A stretch of DNA of 64,000 nucleotides from Camelus ferus. Taxonomy: Eukaryota. The stretch covers positions 71,054,001 through 71,118,000 of the forward strand of contig NC_045697.1 in NCBI RefSeq assembly GCF_009834535.1. The letters run 5' to 3'. How positions within the stretch are numbered: position 1 is the first letter of the stretch; each line of letters starts with the position of its first letter. Position numbers and translations under genes: made by a program. Of the stretch, positions 52,911 through 64,000 are shown in pieces. The notes below the pieces were generated by a model. It saw nothing but the letters and a program-made list of their open reading frames with translations, did no database searches and was not told where the DNA came from.

Positions 52911-54519
52911 CAATTTGTAACACTTTATAGTTCCTCAATATGAGATTTTTTTCATGTAGAATTATTTCTAAATATTTAAGTCAGTTGCCCTGGTAAGGCT
53001 GTCTATTAATTTATTAAATGTCTTGATTGTGAGAGCTAATTTATCTTTCTAAACACAGGACTTTCTGATATCATGGAATGAAACATTACCAGAATTTATT
53101 TTTTATACTTACAAATAACAGATTCCTTAGAGATACCAATCTCTTGATATCCTGTTCATATGGTAGAATGAATCATTTACTTTCGGTCCCAATCAAATTA
53201 GCATACACATTTTAAAGGTAATACATAAGCAGCTGGACTGCTACCTGTTTGGATTTTGACAGCACTTTATGTGGTCCCAAGGAGCCTGGTGCCTGGACCT
53301 GTCTTCTACCTTAGATGGGAGGTGCGTCCTCAGACCCACGAAAGGACGAGAAGGGTAAGTCTCTGTGACAGGCTGGGGGGATCGTTCTCCCAAAGGTCTC
53401 ACTGAGACTATTTAAATTCTATATATTTACTTGTTAAAAGGCGTAAAGCTGGTGGCTCTCTCAAGATTATCCTGTTAACAAATTCTAAGTTAGAGAAAAA
53501 AAAATTTTTTTAAGCATAATAGAATCAGATTTTTTTTTTAAAAAAAAGCAACCTATCATAGCAATGGTTCAAAAAAAATTTTTTTACTAATACACCACAT
53601 TAGATAATAAAGAAATTTTAAAAATGTGTCTCTCGTTGACATTTCCTATTGTATTTTAAAAAGTGATGAAAAATTGCATTTTCAAAAATTGGCAATTTAA
53701 AAATATTTCTATTGAGAACGCAGCAATTTTATATCTCTGGAACCATGAGCATACATAAAATAAACTGCTAAACTCTAAATAAATTGTTTAAGGTAAAAAT
53801 TAGATAAAACTGAGTTAGGAATAATTGTAACTTTTGGGGGGCACTCAGTATGTGTAACACATGATCTTCCGTTACACATGGCACATATCATACTCTCATA
53901 GCAACACGAGTAACTACGACCAAGCTACATACCATGCAGGTTAAACAAAAGGACTTTGGCTTTACACACTTTTTTACATTATTTATCTATTTTGAAAACA
54001 TTGCTTTTTGATATATTACCACTGTCTCCAGGTTATAAACAAACCAGGTGTTAATCAGAAAATAAGAAGAATTGGTTTCATTCTTTACCTTATATATAAC
54101 TATTAGCATTTGAAATCGTGTGTTGATTCAACTCCAGAGAAAGGAGAAAGTCAACTATTCACCAAAATAAAAGAGTTTTGCTAGAAGTTGTAAGTTCAGT
54201 ATCAAAAACAAAACAACAGCAGTTTTTGTTTTGCTTTGTGTTTCTCTCATTGGTTAAGTGCTAGGTAAACACCTAATCACGTGTTCCTCTGCACCTCAAA
54301 TGACATGATTTTCTCTAACCAATGGTTAAGAATAGAGCAGAGAAACACAATCCTAATAGTTTTACTCCCCAAACATTTATCAAATACTGACAAATGATCA
54401 GGCACAGTTGCAAAATTATAATTTAGACTTTAAGTGGTTGATAATGGCAGTATCAGCAACACACCTAAGATTTCAGCTCCCTCATTATATCATTATCTAA
54501 CAATAGCTAAGTTATCAAG

Positions 54520-54735
54520 TTTGCAATGTGCAAAACCCCACAGTAGATTGCCTCATTTGAACTTCACCGTAACCATCTACATACAACTTTTACTCCATTT
54601 CAGAAGTGAATAAACTAAGGCTAGAAGGGACAGTGTAATGGTTCCCAAGTCATTGGGCATCTCACGGGGGAGCCAGGACTTGAGATCGGGCCACCCGATT
54701 CCAGAGTCTGTGTTCTTGACCTCTACCTATACTAC
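54520..54735 (-). mobile_element. MIR SINE
   Basis: CTCATTTGAACTTCAC, CCATTTCAGAAGTGAATAAACTAAGGCT, GAGCCAGGACTTGA, GATTCCAGAGTCTGTGTTCTT. Confidence 0.6.
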
Positions 54736-55846
54736 CCATATCAGTTTGGGGTGTAGAGTGATAATGCACATACTTTCACCATAACCTCACTGTACAAATA
54801 CTGGGAAAGCAAGATTAAGATTATCAGGACTTTGTAGGAAGTAAAAGGATTCCAAATAGACCCCTAGTTACTAAAAATCCAAAGGTCAAAAATATTATAA
54901 TCAACAGCCTATTCTAGAGGCTAATAAGGTCTTTCTGAGGTCTGACTGTTTGGAGATACGTCCACACTCTATGCTCATACCGTTGATAGCTTTTAAGCTT
55001 TCTGTGTGTTTCAAAATTGGGGGAGTTCTAGGCAGCATCTTATAGTATGGAGAGCACTCGACGTGGAGACAGAAGACGGGGTTAAGACTGGCTTCGCTCT
55101 TGACTTACTTAGTAGCTCTTTCACCCTTTCTCTTCACTAAATGAAGCCAGCTCCTACTCCGCTGGTCTCATTCAGTTATTGACAGCACATACATTACACT
55201 GCTTTGAGAATGCAGCTCTCTACGTAACCGTTCCTATCACTATTAGAATATAAGGCTATGGATTGCTAGAGTAGTGGAGATCCATCATGTTTTCCATTAA
55301 CTCACTAGAACTGAAGTATTTTTACTTAATATATTGCTAAATAAACCATTATGTACGACATACAGTATAAAATGATTAATAAAGCAGCAAAGAAGCAAAA
55401 TACAGGAAAGTCTAAATCGTTTGGTAAACTGTGAGTAAATGTAGGTAAATAAAAAAAATATCAATTTAATATCACCAAAGCTCTGGGAAAATTTTTTTTA
55501 AAAAGATTGTTTAAAGAGAACAACACAAAAATATAAAGGAAACCTATCAGTGTGATCTCTTCAGAGATAAAAGTTTCAAAAGTTAAATGATAAGCATTTC
55601 TATTTCAATTCTTCTCTTTTACTTGCTCCCCATCTAATTTGTTAAGTTATTCTGATGATTCCTTCTCCACCTTATCACTTACATTACTTCTTTCCATTTC
55701 CACTGCTACTGCCTGACCATCATTTTCCCCTGGATTAAATCAACAGTCTCTTAAGAGGTCTCAACTCCAGATTTCCCTTCTTTTCAAGTACCCTACTTAA
55801 TACTACCAGGATTGTCACTGTGAAGCAAGGACTTGACACCATTCCT

Positions 55847-56213
55847 ATATCCACCAGGGTACGATAGATGATGCTAACGCAGTAATAAACTACTCAATTT
55901 TAAATCTCTATATTAAGCTTAAAACTACAAAGTTTTATGTGTCTTGCTCAAACTATACATCCATCTCTGGTCAGCAGGGAGGCTCTACTCATATGGGCGA
56001 CCACTATCTCAAACATACCAAAGGGAAGAAAGAGAGCTGGAAAAAGACTTTTATTGGTCATAAGTGCTTCAACAATTCTAGTACCAACACTATTCTTAGA
56101 AGCAGCTAAATGACCCCATCAAACTGGAAGGAACAGAGAAAAGGGGGTGCAAAATGGCAATTCCCCTAAGTGCCTAGGAGGGAAGATGTTTTTGGTGGTC
56201 ATTATAGATTACT
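55847..56213 (-). mobile_element. Old MLT1 (K/L-like) LTR nested in an L2 relic
   Basis: GCAGTAATAAAC..AAATCTC..GCTTAAAACTACAAAGTTTTAT..CTTGCTCA..ACATCCATC..GGTCAGCAGGGAGGCTCT pattern with L2-like flanks. Confidence 0.5.
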
Positions 56214-57849
56214 AGAGTCTCTTTTCAGCTAAAAAAAAAATCTCTAGGGGTAGCTCTCTTTGACCTAGGAAATAAAGTTCAATTCATTCAAAGCTCTGCT
56301 CAATTTGGACAGAATCAGACTTGCCTTTACCACCTCCAAGACCCATCTCCAGATAAACTCTGTCCAGTCCCACTGGCTGGTTCCATTCCCTGGATACAAA
56401 GTACACAGTCATTTGCTCCAGAAGTTCTGATCTACCAGGAATCTTCTGTCCCCCCTGATCCGTGTACTGAAATGGTATTCAACCTTCAACTACCATTTTC
56501 ATTCAGAGCATTCTCTGAGTCTACAGATTCACATTAATCCCTTCCTCTCGGCATTCTCATAATACTTCTTTTTCATTTAATTTTTGGATCCTATTACAGT
56601 CCACAGCATATTTTTGGGGGAAACATTAGCTAGGTTTCTGAGAACTCTAGTCCTTAGGGAGAGTCACTATGCCTTTTTTATTTGTATATCTTCCAAGCCT
56701 AGCCTACTATGCTATTTACATGTGCAGTCAACAGAAGTTTTTTTTTTAAAGAGTCGTACAAAATTTGAAATGATTATAACTAAATCCAATGGCACAAAAT
56801 AAAATTCATAAGAAGATTTTAGAATAATGTAACTTTATTTTTTAACACTAGACCTTAAACATTAGTAGCTCTCCACACAGGGCTACTTAGCTGATGGCGA
56901 ATCTGCCATGACCAAGGAAGGACCTTTGGTCAAGATTTGAGTATTAAGGTTGAACAGTACTGTTTGACCAAATATTCATCTCTTTAAGTTTTATCTTGAT
57001 GAGGTTCAACAAATTCATCTCTGCATAGAAATGTTTACTCTCATTTTTCTATACTAAGGAAAAAGAGATACAGATGATTCCCAAATTTTAGCTAACCTGA
57101 AGTTTTATATTTTTCTACATGTATTCAAATATTCTACTATTCAGGAAATACAATGTAGCAAAACTTCATTATTTCAGTGAAACTAGAAGAATGGAGTATA
57201 CTGAATTGTTGAAAATTTGAAGCATACATTTTTCAAATATTCTAGAAGGCAGGGGTAGTATATTTCCTTTTAAATACTCATAAATTAAACCCATTATTAC
57301 ATTTTTAAAACTCACTCATTGCTCCATTCAATAAGCACTAACTAGAGAGATTAATGATTAAATAGATATAAAAATGCAAGTAAATACTTGGAAAATATAT
57401 ATACAGTACTTTGATCTATAATGAGATGTATTAGTGGAGGTCATTACAGGGCTTTATGAGAAACAGGTAAGAATAATAGAGAATTATCAGCACAATTGTT
57501 TAGAAGTAAAAAACATCTATAATGCTGTTGGGTGCAGGAAAAAGATTTTTCTTTTCATTAGCTATCTTTAAAAGTTGCTAGTTCAGACTGTCTAACTGAT
57601 CACATTCTAATGTAGTCAGTGCTTTAGTGAAGATTATTTTACTTTTAAGATCTCAGAATATTACAAGGCTATCTATTTACAACTAAAGTAAGAAAGCAGG
57701 CAATTGTTAATCCAGATTAGATAACAGAAAATAAGTTAAAATGCACTGACTTTGTTTGAGAAACAGGTTTCTCTAGCATGTAGTAAGGACCTGAATAACT
57801 TTTTCTCCTAATCAATCAGCAGATATTTTAGATAAGTGGCCATGGGGCA

Positions 57850-58330
57850 GGCACAGTGTTTCACACGGAGGAGAGAGACAGACAGAGATGGAACAGACCT
57901 TTCCTTGCAAGAAATAAAGCTTAGAAAGGAACACAGATAATAGGCTATGGAATGCTTGATTCAGAGTAAATTTAGGTGCATTTTTCTCAACTAAAAGGAA
58001 AAATGTGAAGGCAGAAGACTGCATGTTCCTGTGGATAAGGGAAGAGTTCCCACAGGAGGGACATTTAAGTTGAGACCCAAAGAGTAAGACTTGTCTGGGT
58101 CAAAGGGGAGCTTAACAAACTCCATGAAATACCAAGTATCTGTAAAGCCAGGGTGTAGAGAATAAGGGTTGAAAGGGCTCAGAGGGCGCTGGAGAAGAAA
58201 GCCGTCCTCTGGGCACCTGAGGCTATAAGGAGTTTGGATTCTATCCAAAGGATGACGGGAAGCTATTGAAAGGTTTTGTGCAGGAGCAGGGGACTGATCG
58301 GTGGTGCAGAACTCTCTGTGTATGGGTCTC
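57850..58330 (-). mobile_element. L2 relic
   Basis: GACATTTAAGTTGAGACC, TAAGGAGTTTGGATTCTATCC..GGGAAGCTATTGAAAGGTTTT..GCAGG. Confidence 0.6.
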
Positions 58331-61300
58331 AATGAGGCAGGCATTATATGAAAGAAAGAACTCAAGCTTCTTCTCAACATGGAACCTAAACGAAGCATGA
58401 TATTGTACCAAATAAAGGAGCATTCCCTGTTAAGTTCAACTCTGAGTAAGAAATAAAATACATACTATGTATCTTTCTTTTTAATAACATTCATTTCAAC
58501 AGCACACATAGAGCAAAAGATTTCTGGAGATATCCTACATTAGCGGCAGAACAGACCTGTATCTTGGACACACGGAAAACAAAATTCTAGTCATTGCCCC
58601 ACTTTTGTTTGTTTAGCTGCAAAAAGATCTCTTGAACAAAGAGTCAGGTCAACAGAGAGAGTGTCAAAACATCAAGAGAGAGCGATCTTGTCAGAGCTTA
58701 ACTAGGGCTTCCAATTAGAAAACCAAACTGAGGCTCCTATTAGCACTCAGCTAGGCATTCTCCGTGATTTGGAAGAACCAAGCAGCACCCGCATCTGATC
58801 GAGCTAACAGAAAGGAATGTTTTACCTTTATGATGACCTCCTCCCAACGGACTTAAGCCAACAAAGACAGCAGTAAGAGAGTCACACTCTCAGAGCCACA
58901 GCGAAGAGAACCAGTATGTGCTCAGGCACGCTTCCTGCCATTCTCCAAGTCTCCATCATAGCTCATTTCTGAATACTGGAACAGTGTGGACAATGCATGG
59001 CCTTGTCTGCTGCTCTTCGAGACAAATTATTAAATAAAGCCCAAGGCTACTTTTAAGAGAAACAAAACTTGTAATACAGTCATAAAAAAGGAAATTTTCT
59101 ACCTAACAATGAAACTAACTCAATTTTTTATAGAGTATCATGTTTACTTGTAGATTTCATCTGTATCATGAACACAGCTTGCCTGCCTCCCAGTTTTGAA
59201 GAAGAAATAGTTACTTCCTCCTCTCCAAATTATTTCGTGGTCACAGTGCTTTGGGAAGTGTGAATGGTCCTACTATTTAGTAAGGAAAAGTTCACACTGT
59301 TGAAATAGTCTTTGCTGTTCTGTACAAACTTTGGAGACCCCAGCCACGAGTAAACTTAAAAGAAAAATTTTCAAACCCAAAATCACATACCTAGTAACAC
59401 CATTCTGACCAGAAAACTTACAAACAGGAGCAAAATTTAAATTTGTCTCAACCATCAAGCTGCATATGGCTTATAATGGACAGGAATTTGGAAATGGTTC
59501 TTTACCCAGGCTAGTGAAACGGTGGGAAAAATAGTCTAAAGCTATGCTATCTGATAATAAAATTATTTTTTACACGTCTAAAAGTCCTATGGCCTAGTTA
59601 GTAACATTCAAACTCCAATATCTTATCACAGAAATATAGAGAGACTGTATTTCAGAAGTCACTGGTTAGGGTCTCTCCCAGCACCATGACCCCAACTCTG
59701 GTTTCCTTCACCTCAATGAGAGATTCTCCAACTGCTCGAGTGCTTCCCTTTCCTGATTTTTCAATATGCATGACATTTGTTCCACTTGGCACTGAGGTTA
59801 GCAAATGTAAAAGTTTCTCCTTCTCAGAGGAAATATTTTAAGATTCAATTTGACTTGCTATATTAAAACGCACACAAACCATAAAAACAAAAAACATCTG
59901 CCTAAACCCACGGCAGAGAACTACCTCTCATTCTTCCCCTCTGCATGACCCATACCCAGCACAGTGCTTGTCGATATGCTCAATAAGTGGCTGCAAGAAC
60001 AGATAATAAAAGACTGCAGGAACGTACGAATGAATGGATGAGATTCACACACGCAGAACGCCTTCACTAGGCCCTTTTTTTGCCTGGTGAGCTCACGTAG
60101 GCATTTCTTTCTGTATCTTAGGCCTCAGACTGCTTCAAGAAAGAGAAAAAGGTCCTTCGTGCTTTTGTGGCCTCACCTACTCACTCTTCTTTCTCAGGGG
60201 AGAGAAAGGCATTCCTAGACCAGGGAGGTAGCAAGGGATCAGAGAGAGGAAAGCCTTTACACTCACATCTTTGTTCAGCCAGGAGAGAGAGTTTCTTTCT
60301 CCTGGGAACAGATCCATTTGGCCCCAGGCTTCTAAGAGAAGGGATAATTACATGACTAATATAAAGAATTGTTAAGCTTAAATGATTCCTTTGTTGTAAG
60401 TTCCCACTTCGGGAAGCACAGAACGACTTCAGTGCACTAAATGCCTCATTATTCCTTAAAGGTATATTAGATGCATTTTTATTTTAACTTGAAACAGACT
60501 TCGTTCTTGAAGCAGGAAGTATCTTTTAACTCAAAATTAAATGCGGTGAAACAAATGCTGAACGAAAAATATCAAATTCATTAGACAACAGCTCTAATAA
60601 TATCAATACTCTGACTAACACTAATGGCAGCAGCTAATATTTATTGAGCTCTCCTCATGGGCTGATAAGAACTATTCTCATCCTCACAACTACCCTAGGA
60701 AGTGGGTAGGTACCATTATCGTACTCGTTTACAGGTTTGGAAATGATGCCCAAAATTGAACAGCTAGGAGTCAGAATGAGGTTTAACACTCAGCCTGACT
60801 CCAGTACCTGCTCTGTGTCCCCTCTGTGGCTTTTCACAGGAAAACATGAAGCCTGCTTGATGGAAGCAAGAAGGATGACCAAAGACAAGCAATTATGGAT
60901 TGGCTCCAACCACGGCATTAGTGAGTGGTTCTTTTCAGTGTGTGGTCAATCCCCAGTTTTCATTCAATTAACTTTCTGTATCAATAAACATTAATAATTG
61001 AAGCGATGACATTCGATTATGTCACAGACTTCTCCCACATTTCAACTAGTGTGGCCTTTTCCACCACCCAGGTCCCCAGGCCAAGCCTGAACACAGACAA
61101 AGTAGAGATTAAAGAAAGAAAATCAGATTTGAAAGCTATTCTAAAGAAAATTCAGAAAAAGGCGGAGATAAGAAAACATACACTCCTGGGGCCAAAAAAA
61201 CAAATCAATTTGGCTAGATGTCAAGGTTTATGAAGGAGACTAGAAAATAGGTGGGTGTGGGCCAAACTGTGGGAGGCCTGAAACCAGCTTCTCCATTAAG

Positions 61301-64000
61301 ACCGTTGAATTTATTTCTAAAATTAATATTAGGTGAGTCATTTCAGGTTTTTAAACAGGAGATGAGGAATGCAAAATGGTATTTTAGAAAAATTAATCTA
61401 GCACATTGAAAAAAAAGAATTAGAAGAGATAGAGATAAACCACAGGCAACCAGGCAGGAAATACCACAGCCCCTGAGCAATCACAGATTGAACATTCATA
61501 ATTTCAACTTGTCCCAGGTGAGCTCCAAATGTTCTCATTTCTCATTTTTCTAGGGCACCGAATTATGAGGTCGACTTGTGAAAGCAAGCTGTTAGCTAGC
61601 GCCGTCCTGCTTCTCAGTGGGGTTTGGTCTTTTCCCTCCCTAAAATGGGGTCCTGCACTCAGTCTGTCTCACTAAGTGGAAGAGTGTATTTTCTTCATGT
61701 AAAATGCCTCCAAGTAAACCACAACTACAGATGTAGGATGAACCGTGAGTTACAGTCAGGAGCTTGGTGACTGAATTGCGAAAATGCTATACTTTCATCC
61801 CCTGGGAATGTCGAGGCATTTTGTACTTGCCACGTTCCAGGTGTTGGCTTCAGGAGGAAGGCAACAGAAAAGTTAAGGAGAAAAGGGAAACAAGATATCA
61901 GAACAGGAGTGAAATGGCAGCACGCAGTGGCTGACTAGGGATGGGGGATGAGGGAAAAGAAGAAATCAAGACCAGCTTTAAAGTTTTAAGGCCAAGAGAC
62001 AGGGAGCATGTTAGTGCCCTTGAGTAGACATAAATCCTAAAGGGAACCTAGGACCTAGGAAAACGTGGCAGGTGTCTGTGGGCGCTGAGTGAAGATCTTA
62101 CAGGCTGATTTAAGGGAACTCTTATCTGGAGGAAGAGAAGCGACCTGGATAATTTCAGGGTTCTCTGAAATGCATCCTGGAGAAGGATGTAGTGTTTATC
62201 TAATACTCCTTTCTTCTGCTCTTTTAATGTTGCAGAATTGGGGCACTCTAATTTCTTGATTTCTCAAATCAAAATTGTACAATTCTCCTCTTACTTCTGA
62301 ATACACTTTATAAGTCCCAAGTAGTCTCTTGACAGGCACAAAACTCCCAGTTTTCAAGATCAGTTTCCAGGTAGTTCTACTTTGCATCAGTCTCTAAGGG
62401 CTACCAGGGGGTAAGCTGTGGGCATCTACACAATGATCTTGATACACAACATCATGGAGAGAGAAAAGGCCACTGGTGAAGTAACTTTACTGATTAATTT
62501 TTGGTCTTGGTTTTGCAAGAAGAGCTTCAGGGTGACAAACATTCTGTGAAATAATGAAAGTTAGATATAAACCAAGAAGGTACAAAGAAATAAAAACCTG
62601 GTAATTGCTGAGAACTCAAACTGAGAGAATTATTCACAATGACAGAGAGTCATTATCTCGGTGTCCCCTGGCCCGGCTCCTGGGGGATCCACTGGCCTCA
62701 TCCATATTCCCCACGGGAAGCAGCAGCAGCTCCAGGGAGGATCAGCAGTGAACAGAGAATGTGTTACATGCAAATTGTTATTTCAGACGGATCAGAATGG
62801 GGCCCAGTGAGAAGAGAAAAGGAGGGGGCAACGCGCATCAGGAACATTTTACAAGGCAGGACTTCAGAGGACAGGGATTTTTTTCATTTAAAAAATTTTG
62901 GAGATTCAGATGTAAAATGGATGTCGAAAGCAACTGTGCATTAAGGGGCTCGCCTCTTAGTTTCAATACTGGGGGCTCTGGAGCCTCTGCACACCATATG
63001 CTAATTAAATAAGATGTCTGAGGAGAAATAATGAGAGCAGTTAAAGGTAGGGTCTGCGCCTCGGTGACTTCACCAGCTGCCTCTGCTCTGACTTCCTGTA
63101 GCAAGTGCTCAATAAATAATGTTGAAATGAACCAGCTGATTGTAACAGTCAATAACTAAATACCAAAACCTGCACGTTCTATAACAAAACTGCAGTTTAC
63201 TACACATAGGGAAGCTTTGTTACTCAAATGTTCAATGTAACTGAGTATACAAGTTAGTGAAAGTATTTCAATCAGCTGAAAAGTTAATTCACCTCTCAGT
63301 AATATTTGCCAAGTACTCTTTATCAATAGCATCCAATAGTTAATATTTATCAATGTTTAATTTTCACACTACTTAAGATACTCTATTTTATGAATGGAAG
63401 AAAAAACTAAGGTGCAAAATGGTTAAGAAACTTAAATCACAGCAATATTATCTGGTTTAGTTTACTCTGGGGATTGGCTCATTTAATCCTCACAATTGCC
63501 TAAGGAAGGTCCTATTATTATTTTCATTATGCAGATGAGAAAACTGAGGGTCTGAGTTTCAGGTAACTACTCCGCACTGGTAAGGCCAATAAGCACTACA
63601 GTTAGCCAAGATGTGGACCAATCCTGGCTGCCTGGCCCCAAGGCCCGCAGAGAGCTCACGAGGAGGGGCAAGCTGGAACTAGACAGCAGGCATCCTGATT
63701 CGGAAGTCAGTTTCCTCCCCACGCACCACGCCGACCCCAGCAGGTACCCTGTGGTTTCCTCCCTCTCTTGGCCCTCAACCCCACTCGCCCACTGACCTAC
63801 CCCTCCCACTCCAGGATGAGAACAGTGGCTGGCCCAGATTTCATCTGGATTTATATTATTTCAGGGGAAGAGATCAGGGATTTTACAGTAATCCGACTCT
63901 ACCACTCCAAACAGAGAGCTTTAGTCTTGTGATAGGTTTTTAACCAGACGTTGTTGCTTTTTTGTTTTTTGTTTTTTCAATTCAGTGAACAGGATTGGCT

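Larger units (their letters stand above)
22653..64000 (-). other. PPP3CA: 3' part of the very long PPP3CA intron 2 (upstream exon lies outside the window)
   Basis: No sequence encoding the preceding calcineurin residues (..NLLDIDAPVT) was found in more than 41 kb. The region is AT-rich and repeat-rich. Confidence 0.85.

Noticed and set aside
53850..53879. 9-bp hairpin ATGTGTAAC..GTTACACAT
   Set aside because: An isolated short stem that is expected by chance in 64 kb.

Overview
Mammalian genomic DNA, most likely camelid (alpaca/camel), judged from two short tRNA-derived Vic-1-type SINEs and artiodactyl/camelid-type L1 3' ends. The window lies inside the calcineurin A alpha gene PPP3CA on the minus strand. 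Five consecutive coding exons (inferred exons 3-7: 22528-22652, 14407-14518, 13218-13363, 10255-10394, 2043-2120) have canonical GT-AG junctions and splice in frame to about 200 aa of the PPP catalytic domain (GDIHG, GDYVDRG, LRGNHE, HGG, RAHE motifs). Positions 22653-64000 are part of the very long intron 2. The rest is intronic sequence with L1, L2, MIR, MLT1 LTRs, Tigger/Tc2/hAT DNA-transposon relics and microsatellites. Apart from the ORF overlapping exon 7, the supplied ORFs look spurious. I find no support for a new multi-gene system. The best second-look items are an L1 insertion with a 13-bp TSD and an apparent 36-bp 3' transduction, a perfect splice donor defining a possible 15/23-nt microexon or recursive site in intron 3, an orphan internal L1 ORF2 fragment, and several intronic fold-back structures. 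Repeat family names and exon numbers come from recall of consensus sequences, not from a search, and repeat boundaries are approximate.
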